This document shows, one piece after another, positions 49,083-57,531 of a stretch of 64,000 bases of DNA; position 1 is the stretch's first letter; every line of letters starts with the position of its first letter. Made by a program: the position numbers and the translations under genes. The DNA comes from Podarcis pityusensis (lineage: Eukaryota). Below the pieces are notes generated by a model. The model was not told where the DNA came from and did no database searches. It saw only the letters and a program-made list of their open reading frames with translations. The DNA lies in assembly GCA_964106645.2 (NCBI GenBank), contig OZ067046.1. One strand, 5' to 3'.

Positions 49083-52000
49083 TCCATCCCCCCCTCGAAG
49101 CCCCCTCTTCCCCCCTCCCCTCCTTCCGGTGCGGGATCTGGGTGCTGCTGTGTCAGGGGGACGAATGTCGGATACAGTTCGCTTCCCGTGGCGGGCCGCC
49201 ATCCGAAGTCTTCCGGTTCTTCCTCCCTGCTCTCGTTGACGACGGTCACCTCCGCTTCCATCTCTGTGCCGCCGTGCTCGAAACCCGGGTCGTCCCCGAA
49301 AACGTCCATGTCCGTCTCTCCCTCGTTGCCTTCTGGAGACGTTGCTCGTCCTGGACCCTCCAGCCACCTTCTGCGGAACTGCTCCTCTGGTCGATCATCC
49401 CACCAATACGAGGGTTCTGAAGCAGATCCCGAGGGTGACCCCTCCGGGGAACGGGCGTCTCGTGTCGGTTCCTCGTCCGAGTCGAACCCCCGGAACGTGC
49501 TGGCTGAAAGCGTGGGCGTGAAAAGCCAGTCGTCGAAAAAGTCTGCTGGCATTGGCCTATGTGGGAAGAGGGCATGAAACTCTTCTTTGAGCAGAGGTTC
49601 GTCTAAAGCGTAGCCCGGCACCCAGCTGTTGGCACTGGCCGGGGTGCCCTCCTTGGCGAGAAGGTATTCTACCCCCTCTTCCCCCCATCTGGAGTCCAAA
49701 ATCTCCGTGACTTCGTTGATGCGCTCCTCCTGTGCCACTCCCCCTTGCCCGGTTCTCTCTCGGAGCGGACCCGGTGCCGTTCCTGGTTCCTGAAACCTGT
49801 GAGGTGCCTTGTAGGGAGTGAGCACCGATCTGTGGAACACCGGATGCATTCTGGAACCCTCCGGAAGAGCCAGCCTGAAAGCCACCGGGTTGACCTGTTC
49901 TTCGACTTGGTAGGGCCCCAGTTGTTTATGCCCTAGTTTCTTCTTCGCCAACGACCTGGCCGGCACTGCGTGGGCTGCTAACCAGACCCAGTCTCCCACA
50001 TGGATCTCTTCGCCAACCCTTCTGTGTTTGTCCGCATGTATCTTGTATGCGTGTTTAGCCAGCTCCAGGTGCCGCCGCAGCTGATCGTGGACCTCCTGCA
50101 ACTCCGACGCGAACGCATCTGCTGTCTGCGGCTCCCCCTCCCCCATTCTTTCCAGTCCCGGGAAGGTTCTGGGGTACCTCCCGTTGTTGGCGAAGAACGG
50201 CGTGACCCCCGTGGACACGTGCTTCGTGTTGTTGTAGGCGAACTCGGCGAGAGGCAGGTAATCCACCCACGTCGCAGGCTGTTGATTCGCATAACATCTC
50301 AGGTACTGCTGCATGATGGCATTGACCCGCTCCGCTTGCCCGTTGGTCTGCGGGTGTCTAGCCGACGCCAGGTTGATCTTGACGTTCAGGAAGCCCATCA
50401 GCCTCTGCCAGAAGTTCGAGATGAACTGTCGCCCTCGGTCGGACAGAATAGACCGCGGCAGACCGTGAACCTTGAACACGTGGTCTATGAACAGTTTGGC
50501 GGTTTGTTCCGCCGTGGCCACCTTCGCACACGGAATGAAATGTGCCATCTTGGAGAACAAGTCCACCACCACCAGCACAGCCGTCTTGCCCCTCGAGCTG
50601 GGCAGATCCGTGACAAAGTCCAGGGCCACTCTCTCCCATGGTTCGAACGGAGTTTGCAGCGGTTCCAGCAGTCCGGCCGGCGGTCTGTGCACTGGTTTGG
50701 CCCTCTGGCAGGTGTCACACCTCGCCACGTAGTCCGCGACTTCCCCTCTCATTCCGGGCCACCAGAAGTCTCTGGCTACTAATTCCACCGTCTTCTCCTT
50801 GCCAAAGTGCCCGGCAGTGGGCGCGTCGTGCAGCTGCTGCAGTACCTTGGCGCGAAGTTCGTCTCCCGGCACGTAGATGGCCCCTTTACGGATGAGCAAA
50901 CCATCTCGCAGCTGGAACTCGTCGGTCGCTGCCGTGCCCCTGTGCACCTCTGCCATCTTTGCTTGCGCGAAGGAGTCATCCTGCAACGCTCGTCGCACCG
51001 CATCCAGGTCAACTGTTGCCGCCGCGCACGCCCACACTGTCGGTGCAAAGATGTGCATGGCGGCCGCTGGCGTTGCCTCCTCCAGATACTGTGGCTTACG
51101 GGAGAGAGCATCCGCCATGATGTTGGTGTCCCCCGGGACATATTCTATTCGGAAGTCGAAATTCGCAAAGAACTCAGCCCAACGTATCTGCCTCTGGTTC
51201 AGGAACTGTGCCGTGCGCCAGTGCTCTAGATTCTTGTGGTCCGTGCAGACCTGCACCGTGTGCTTGGCGCCGATCAGGAAGTGCCTCCACGCTTTGAACG
51301 CTGCATGAATGGCCAGCAACTCCCTGTCCCAGATGGTGTAGTTCTGTTCGGACTTGCTGAGCTTCCTTGAATAAAACGCTCCCGGCCTCCAAACCCCCTG
51401 CGGGTCTTTCTGCAGCAGGACTGCTCCCACGGCTCTGTCCGAAGCGTCTGTCTCCACCCTCATCGGCCTGCTGGGGTTGACATGAAGCAGCTGCTCTTCC
51501 GATGCGAAGAGACGCTTGAGTGCCTGAAAGGACTGCTCCGCCTGCTCTGTCCAGATGAACTTCTTTTTCTTGGAGCTGAGCGTGTCCGTGATGGCCGCTG
51601 TCTGCATCGCAAAGCCTTTGATAAACTTGCGATAGAAGTTCGCGAAGCCGACAAACCGTTGGACCTCCTTCCGGTTGCGTGGGCTTTTCCAATCCAACAC
51701 TGCTCGGACCTTGGCGCTGTCCATGGCGAGCCCTTTATCAGACAACTTGTAGCCCAGGAAATCCACCTCCGTCACGTCGAATTGGCACTTCTCCAGCTTG
51801 GCGTAAAGCCTATGTTGCTGTAGCCTGCTCAGCACTTCCTTGACGTGTCTGTCATGCTCCTGCTGCGATTCCGAAAAGATCAGGATGTCATCCAAGAAAC
51901 AGACGCACGTCTTGTAGAGGAGCCCCGCCAACACGTGATGCATGAAAGCTTGAAAAACGTGGGAGCCATTTTGCAATCCAAAAGGCATAACTCTATATTC

Positions 52001-53023
52001 GTAGGTGCCCAGGGGCGTGAACATGGCTGTCTTCCACTCATCTCCTTCCCGCATGCGAATGAGGTTGTATGCCCCTCGCAGGTCCAACTTGGTGAACACT
52101 CTGCCCTTCCGTACCTTTGCGAGGAGGTCGTCGATTCGGGGCATGGGGAAGTCCGATGGCTTGGTCACACTGTTCAAGATGCGAAAGTCCACTACAAGTC
52201 TTTTTTGGGGCGTGTCCCGCTTCTTAACAAAGAATACCGGACTGCCCCCCGCTGCCTTGGACTCTCGGATGAAACCGCGCTCCAAATTATGATCTATGAA
52301 CTCTTTGAGTTCCTGCAGTTCGTCCTCAGACATGGAATACAGCTTCCCTTTGGGCAGCGCCGCCCCCGGCAGCAGGTCAATTTTGCAGTCATATGGTCTG
52401 TGGGGGGGTAGCCTGTCTGCCTCCTTCTCGCAGAAAACCTCCAAAAATTCCGCGTACTTGTGGGGAACCGCTTGCAGCGTGCCTAGCTGCAGCTGTGACT
52501 CCTCTTCCCCTCCTTCCTGCCTGGGCACGATGCAGTGTTCAGCGCAAAAGGAAGAGCCGAAGGTCAGCTGCCTCTGGTACCAAGCCAGCGTCAGGCTGTG
52601 CTTGTCCAGCCAACTCATGCCCAATACAATGGGCGTGTCCGATAGTTGAGTGACATTGAAGCTGATGATTTCCCTGTGATTCCCAAGTCGCATCACCATT
52701 GGTGGCGTCTGCTTCACCACTTGCCCCCCTAGCAGCTCCCTGCCATCCACCGTGACAACCTGCAGGGGCAGCGTGGCAGGCAGCAACTGTATAGCGTGCC
52801 GGTCGACAAAGTCCTGCCCTATAAAGTCCGCATTGCTTCCGGAGTCAATGGTGATTGGCACGTCCATGGTGATTCCATTGGGCAGCTGGAGCGACGCGGT
52901 GAGCCTCACTACCGGTTTGGGCGGGAGGGGGTCCATGGGCTGTAAAATCTCTGGGGACTGCTTCACTGACACGTCTGGCTGGGCCCCAGTGCCTCTTCCT
53001 CCAACCAGACTCCGTCGTTTCCC
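48452..53023 (-). CDS. pol: Pol (-1 frame relative to gag): aspartic protease, RT, RNase H, integrase, GPY/F, degenerate chromodomain, long acidic tail extending into the 3' LTR
   Basis: IDSGS (52838-52846); KLDLRGAY, MPFGL, FLDD (51887-51898); VETDASD and DHKNL; H..H..CDTC zinc finger; DFVTDLP/SDRG/QAERVN DDE core; LGPYQV; no internal stop. Confidence 0.96.
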   Translation of the reverse strand, partial: GKRRSLVGGRGTGAQPDVSVKQSPEILQPMDPLPPKPVVRLTASLQLPNGITMDVPITIDSGSNADFIGQDFVDRHAIQLLPATLPLQVVTVDGRELLGGQVVKQTPPMVMRLGNHREIISFNVTQLSDTPIVLGMSWLDKHSLTLAWYQRQLTFGSSFCAEHCIVPRQEGGEEESQLQLGTLQAVPHKYAEFLEVFCEKEADRLPPHRPYDCKIDLLPGAALPKGKLYSMSEDELQELKEFIDHNLERGFIRESKAAGGSPVFFVKKRDTPQKRLVVDFRILNSVTKPSDFPMPRIDDLLAKVRKGRVFTKLDLRGAYNLIRMREGDEWKTAMFTPLGTYEYRVMPFGLQNGSHVFQAFMHHVLAGLLYKTCVCFLDDILIFSESQQEHDRHVKEVLSRLQQHRLYAKLEKCQFDVTEVDFLGYKLSDKGLAMDSAKVRAVLDWKSPRNRKEVQRFVGFANFYRKFIKGFAMQTAAITDTLSSKKKKFIWTEQAEQSFQALKRLFASEEQLLHVNPSRPMRVETDASDRAVGAVLLQKDPQGVWRPGAFYSRKLSKSEQNYTIWDRELLAIHAAFKAWRHFLIGAKHTVQVCTDHKNLEHWRTAQFLNQRQIRWAEFFANFDFRIEYVPGDTNIMADALSRKPQYLEEATPAAAMHIFAPTVWACAAATVDLDAVRRALQDDSFAQAKMAEVHRGTAATDEFQLRDGLLIRKGAIYVPGDELRAKVLQQLHDAPTAGHFGKEKTVELVARDFWWPGMRGEVADYVARCDTCQRAKPVHRPPAGLLEPLQTPFEPWERVALDFVTDLPSSRGKTAVLVVVDLFSKMAHFIPCAKVATAEQTAKLFIDHVFKVHGLPRSILSDRGRQFISNFWQRLMGFLNVKINLASARHPQTNGQAERVNAIMQQYLRCYANQQPATWVDYLPLAEFAYNNTKHVSTGVTPFFANNGRYPRTFPGLERMGEGEPQTADAFASELQEVHDQLRRHLELAKHAYKIHADKHRRVGEEIHVGDWVWLAAHAVPARSLAKKKLGHKQLGPYQVEEQVNPVAFRLALPEGSRMHPVFHRSVLTPYKAPHRFQEPGTAPGPLRERTGQGGVAQEERINEVTEILDSRWGEEGVEYLLAKEGTPASANSWVPGYALDEPLLKEEFHALFPHRPMPADFFDDWLFTPTLSASTFRGFDSDEEPTRDARSPEGSPSGSASEPSYWWDDRPEEQFRRRWLEGPGRATSPEGNEGETDMDVFGDDPGFEHGGTEMEAEVTVVNESREEEPEDFGWRPATGSELYPTFVPLTQQHPDPAPEGGEGGRGGFEGGMDVRGSGAEARAREETESEGEEAEEKMSDDDDPRSPSLSSESEDSQKGAPVARARGEPRGTPQEDRARGDSEGSSWKSGPASPPESREEEGRQGSSAGSSQQGGGHESGVATPPSGSEETVRRKVEGWARATSSNAQEGGAVGSPEREPGPKACRKEGEESGGSASAESRKEETPGGRGTQRRTVRRKRWSKARILSWCTRGGDSDGASPI
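49083..49096 (-). promoter_or_regulatory. Polypurine tract
   Basis: Minus strand GAGGGGGGGATGGA directly abuts TGTCAG of the 3' LTR. Confidence 0.9.
52951..53023 (-). promoter_or_regulatory. -1 programmed ribosomal frameshift signal (G GGA AAC + predicted H-type pseudoknot)
   Basis: Slippery heptamer at 53017-53023 in gag frame; 6-nt spacer; stem 1 GUCUGGUUGG/CCAGCCAGAC; stem 2 CUGGGG/CCCCAG; the -1 frame is the pol frame. Confidence 0.88.
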
Positions 53024-54039
53024 TGCTGTGGTTGTCCTTGCTGCGTTGCTGCAGTTACCATTGCTGAGGCTGCAGTGTGCTTGTGGAGCCTCTGGGGACA
53101 CTCTTTCGCCATATGCTGTGGATCATCGCAGATGTAACACTTCCTGTTCCCTCTAGGAGGCTTCGCTTTCACTGCTGCCGGTGCTAGGGCTCTGGCTGCT
53201 GACTGAGCCCTTGCACCTCCAACCTCCATAGGTTCCGCTCCTCCTCCTGGCGGAGGCGTGGATTGCGCACGCGCTGCTTCTCTGGGAAGGAAGGAGGAGC
53301 CCCTGGCTGGTTCGCGCCCTCCACGCCCTTCGCCACTGCTCCACGGACGTCCTTCCAGCCGCACCCCCACCGCCAGCGCCCTCTGAACGATCTCCTGCGT
53401 GGTCCGGGGTCTCTCCCCCCTCGCAATTTCATCTTTAACCGAGCCGTGCAATCCCTCCCAAAACAGGTCTCTTACAGGAGCCGAATCTCTGTCCCATTCC
53501 AGAGCACTGACCAAAGCGAAAAAGCGGGCATGGTACTGCCTTACGCTGGCCCTCCCTTGCTTCAGTCCATGTATCTGCTGCCGAGCAAGATCCACGTCAA
53601 TGCTTGACAAAAAGCACCCATCCATCGCTTTAATAAAGGCATCCGCATTTTGGAGCGCCGGATCCTTATCTCTCCACAAATTGCGCAGCCATGCTTTAGC
53701 ATCTCCATGCAAATGGGACATGATGAATCCCACCTTCTCTTGCTCATCTCTAAAGTCTTTGTTCAGCAGTTGCAGTGCACACATTACATCTGCTCTAAAG
53801 TTGGGGTACTGTTGCAAATTCCCATCGAAGTGAGAGACCAAACCGCCTGTTCGTCTCCCCAACCCAATCCCCTCCGGTTTGGGTGTCAGTTGCCCTTGCT
53901 TCGTAAGCACTTCCAACCTGACCTGGAGATCCCTGTAGGCGGCAGCTGCGTCCTCCTCTCTCTTCCTGGATGCAAGAGCCTCGGCATTCAGGCGCGACAC
54001 TGCTTCTCTGAGTTCCACTATCTGCTGTTCGGCCGTCAT
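52963..54039 (-). CDS. gag: Gag (358 aa from ATG 54039): coiled-coil-like N-terminus, retrotransposon capsid, EPMEVG motif, CCHC zinc knuckle
   Basis: First ATG in the ORF has context ACAACATGA; zinc knuckle CYICDDPQHMAKEC (53098-53139); EPMEVG resembles the EPMQ/E motif of PEG10/sushi-type Gags. Confidence 0.93.
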   Translation of the reverse strand: MTAEQQIVELREAVSRLNAEALASRKREEDAAAAYRDLQVRLEVLTKQGQLTPKPEGIGLGRRTGGLVSHFDGNLQQYPNFRADVMCALQLLNKDFRDEQEKVGFIMSHLHGDAKAWLRNLWRDKDPALQNADAFIKAMDGCFLSSIDVDLARQQIHGLKQGRASVRQYHARFFALVSALEWDRDSAPVRDLFWEGLHGSVKDEIARGERPRTTQEIVQRALAVGVRLEGRPWSSGEGRGGREPARGSSFLPREAARAQSTPPPGGGAEPMEVGGARAQSAARALAPAAVKAKPPRGNRKCYICDDPQHMAKECPQRLHKHTAASAMVTAATQQGQPQQGNDGVWLEEEALGPSQTCQ

Positions 54040-54118
54040 GTTGTCTGCCGTTCGTGAGCTCGCTAGTAGGCACCCGCTTTCTCTCCTCTCCGCGAGGCTG
54101 TAGATGCCCACAATTTAA

Positions 54119-54130
54119 CAGATGGAGCTT
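54119..54130 (-). promoter_or_regulatory. Primer-binding site, self-priming type (AAGCTCCATCTG)
   Basis: Starts 2 nt inside the 5' LTR end; no TGG; exact reverse complement of LTR segment 54269-54280. Confidence 0.88.
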
Positions 54131-54132
54131 AC

Positions 54133-54894
54133 TGTCAGAGTTGCTTCCAGATCCTAGCTCACAGAGGATCACGCTAGCCAGCGATCATTAAATAAAAGTC
54201 TTTATTGAGTTACAGTTTCCATTCTCAAGCTGCTGCGTGCAACCCTACGTCTAATGGTTAGATCGGCGAAGCTCCATCTGAGTCTCCGCCCCTTGTACAC
54301 CAACTTAATATCCTAGCCTTGCTCCACCTTTTCCGCCTGACTGTTCTTCTCTGGGTCCCTCTGCCCCCCGGGGTCTCTTCCTTCCGGGATTCCTCTGACG
54401 CTGACGCTGACCCCCCTGACTCTTCTCCCTCCTTTCGGCGGGCTTTAGGACCTGGCTCCCTTTCCGGGCTGCCTACTGCGCCACCTTCCTGTGCATTTGA
54501 ACTTGTCGCGCGCGCCCAACCTTCCACCTTCCGTCTGACCGTTTCTTCGCTCCCCGATGGAGGTGTGGCCACTCCTGACTCGTGCCCTCCCCCCTGTTGT
54601 GAGCTGCCAGCGCTTGATCCCTGGCGCCCTTCCTCTTCCCTGCTCTCTGGCGGTGACGCTGGTCCCGATTTCCAACTGCTCCCCTCTGAGTCCCCTCTGG
54701 CTCTATCTTCCTGGGGTGTCCCCCTAGGCTCCCCCCTTGCCCTGGCCACTGGTGCTCCTTTCTGTGAATCTTCTGATTCACTGGAAAGACTCGGAGATCT
54801 CGGGTCGTCGTCATCACTCATCTTTTCTTCTGCCTCCTCCCCCTCGCTCTCTGTTTCCTCCCTTGCCCTTGCCTCTGCTCCTGAACCCCTGACA
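54133..54894 (-). repeat. 5' LTR (762 bp)
   Basis: Direct repeat of 48327-49082; TG...CA ends with a 6-bp terminal inverted repeat. Confidence 0.97.
54280..54310 (-). promoter_or_regulatory. Predicted LTR core promoter: TATTAA box, GGGGCGG GC box, TSS near 54280
   Basis: TATTAA (54305-54310) lies 25-30 nt upstream of the first base of the self-primer; GC box at 54286-54292. Confidence 0.7.
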
Positions 54895-56100
54895 GTTTGC
54901 TTTTTATATTTTCAGTCCAACCCTTTTCTCAGATTGTGCTTCATAAAACACACACACATGCCAAACATTCTAAATTTTAATTGCTTAATCCTGGTTGTAA
55001 ATGCGCAAAACAAATTCTGCAGTTGTGGTGCAGCTACTGTTTCTCTTTCTCTCTCTCTCCCCCCCCCCCATTCTCCCTCCTTGCTATTCGACCATGTTGC
55101 TTACCCAGTGTTCAGAAGTCACTGCTATGGGTTGTGTGCTTTTCAACTCTGGGGTTCCTTGATGTGACTGCTGCAAGGGAGTGGTAGATGTGCTGTTGAT
55201 CATGCGCCAAGTTCCATAAGGCAAAAGTTAGACTCTGCACTTGCCTGTTGGGCTTCTTGTGCAAATAGTGTACCCTAAACTGCACCCCAGAGTCCTCTGT
55301 AGCAGGGATGGAGAATTGCACACCCCCAGCACCTGTGGATTCAGCCTGTGGCCTCTTCCTCATTAGCTCTGTCTGTCTCCTCAATCTCACAGATACTTTC
55401 ATTCTAGCACTTAAGCTGCTGATTTGCATTTGGCCCTGTCCCCCTCCTCTCTGCCCCAGGCAACACCAAATCAGTTTGGTGAGGCTCATTTGTTAAGCAG
55501 AGCTGACAACATCAGAAAGGAAGGAAGGTGGAAAAGGGAAGTGCCAGCCAAAGAAAGCTCCACTAGAAAGGTTAGGGAGCGGGGGAAGTGTGTTCTCTAT
55601 AAAGGGCTTGCCCCAATTGTATTGAATCAGCAGCTCTCAAAGCTTCATTTATTTACCTTTCCTAGCAGGTTCTGTTCTTCAGTTGGCATTTCTGTTCTTC
55701 AGTAATCTGTTGTCTCATATCTTTATCCCGTTTCATTTTGACGCCCACCTCTGTATTGGATCAGGGTATACAATTCATAATACAGTCATCTTTTCCCCTG
55801 GGAAATGACATATTTGCTGTTAGCAAGATGACGAGTGCTTTTGTGGATACCTGGTACTCAGGGTGGGGGCGCTCATTAGGACGTCTTGGTCACAAATCAA
55901 ACTTTAGTGCAAGTCTTTGTATGGTGTGTAATCACTATTGAGCAGGAACATATGCATGATTGCATGTTCCTCGTCTTTTCCCATCTTACACAGTTCATTT
56001 TCCACCTTACGCAGTTTGTTTGTTCAGGGTTGTTGCTGAAGAAATGTGTTTTAGAATGCTACTAAGAACTGTTATGTTCTCTGTTTCCTTTTAATCATAG

Positions 56101-56490
56101 GATTAAATCGAAAGATTCACTACTCCCTGATAAATTCCGCAGATGGGCAGTTTTCTATTGATGAATTCTCTGGAATTGTTCGGTTGGAAAGGCCTTTGGA
56201 TCGAGAGTTACACGCTGTCTATTCTCTGACTTTGAAAGCTGAGGATGAAGGTTCCCCAAGAAGGCTGTCTTCTGTTGGCACCCTTGTTATTTCTGTTCTG
56301 GATATAAATGATAACCCACCTGTCTTTGAGTACAAAGAGTACAGTGCCACTGTATCAGAAGACACAGTGGTTGGAATGGAGGTTCTTCAGGTCTACGCTG
56401 CTAGCCGGGACATCGAAGCTAATGCCGAAATCACCTATTCTATCATCAGTGGAAATGAACATGGGAAATTCAGTATTGATTCAAAAACAG
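56101..56490 (+). CDS. FAT1: FAT1 exon 14 equivalent (390 nt)
   Basis: atag|GA...ACAG|gtaaac; GLNRKIHYSLINSADGQFSIDEFSGIVRLERPLDRE...GKFSIDSKTG. Confidence 0.96.
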
Positions 56491-56867
56491 GTAAACATTT
56501 GCAACAGGGGAAATAATCAGATTTGGTAACCCAAACTTAGTATTCCCCTCACCAATTAATGTGTCTTCTTAAAACATCTGATTCAATGAGCTTAACTTAC
56601 ACATTGCTCAGATTCTATTTATTTAAAGAACCTGTAGAAGATAGAAAATAAGTAAAATAGTGAAAAGTTTTGGAAAATGGTTATTACACTGTAACACTAT
56701 AGTTTTCAGTTGAGTTTTCATTTATATATTTATTTGCATGCTCCCCGAGGTAAGGGTGTTTTTCTTTTCTTTGTGGAAAAAGATGCAAGTCCAAAATGCA
56801 ATAAGCTTCATGTTTATGAAAGATATTTATGTGCTCAATTTATTTGCTTGCATAAACCCTGAATTGT

Positions 56868-56915
56868 GGTAGGTAGGTAGGTAGGTAGGTAGGTAGATAG
56901 ATATAGATGATAGAT
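56868..56915. repeat. (GGTA)n/(GATA)n compound microsatellite
   Basis: Direct reading. Confidence 0.93.
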
Positions 56916-57531
56916 ATTAAGGCAGTAATGGTGGGTGTTTTGTTCATGAGTAAATACTCTGTATCATTGTTGGAATCTGTCTGTCTTGGGAGACCTTGGG
57001 GGGGGGGGTAAAGCCAAACCACTGAAGAGTTACAGCGCCTGCTGTGGCTGTAGAGACTGGTATGGCAGAGACATGTTTTATTGCAGGTGGGGCAGATGAA
57101 GGTGTCCAGTTTTGCTGCTGCAGGTCCACAGGGTGTTTCTTCCCTCTGCGCTCTTCCTAGCAGTTATTCCTCCAATGTTCACTAAGTCATCATATATCCA
57201 GACTTCCAAGGACAAACACCATGAACAAGGAATGCAGCCAGTTATGGGCATTGCTGTGCTACTTCCATAGAGGATATATGCAAACTGATCTAACTTTTAA
57301 AGCTTGCCTTCGTTTCCATGAGTCAAATTTTCAGCTATTTTGCTTGCTCCGCAAAGCAGAGAGATGCAGCAGTACATTATGATAGGCACAAAAGACATTT
57401 GAAAGCGCAGAAGCAGCCGCTGAGCCTGAAATTACTTACTGAGTAATTTTGAAAGTTCCCTTTGTTGCCATATTTCCCTTAATAGAAAAGTGTCCTGACT
57501 TGTGGTTTGTTTGTTTGTTTTTCCCTTGTAG

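Larger units (their letters stand above)
48327..54894 (-). mobile_element. Full-length Ty3/Gypsy LTR retrotransposon (Tf1/sushi-like chromovirus), 6568 bp, antisense in FAT1 intron 13
   Basis: Two near-identical LTRs with TGTCAG...CTGACA termini; 5-bp TSD GTTTG (48322-48326 and 54895-54899); uninterrupted gag and pol in PR-RT-RH-IN-chromo order. Confidence 0.98.

Noticed and set aside
48452-49560. Pol tail as an env gene
   Set aside because: No signal peptide, no hydrophobic transmembrane segment, no CX6CC motif; it is hydrophilic and in frame with integrase
48513-49577. 354-aa antisense ORF over the LTR/tail (and its 282-aa twin at 54319-55167) as an HBZ/ASP-like antisense gene
   Set aside because: Starts at TTG, is S/P/L low-complexity, and the + strand here is C/T-rich and so naturally poor in stop codons; no independent support
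54040-54111. N-terminal 24-aa extension of Gag in the ORF track, and the track's Pol start at 53101
   Set aside because: Both rely on GTG starts from the ORF caller; ATG 54039 and -1 frameshifting at ~53020 explain expression better
54110-54132. Canonical tRNA primer-binding site
   Set aside because: No TGG (complement of tRNA CCA) next to the LTR end; a perfect match to the element's own R region exists instead
48327-54894. Domesticated PEG10/RTL-like host gene
   Set aside because: Two near-identical LTRs, a TSD and complete RT/IN indicate a recent mobile copy, not a domesticated gene
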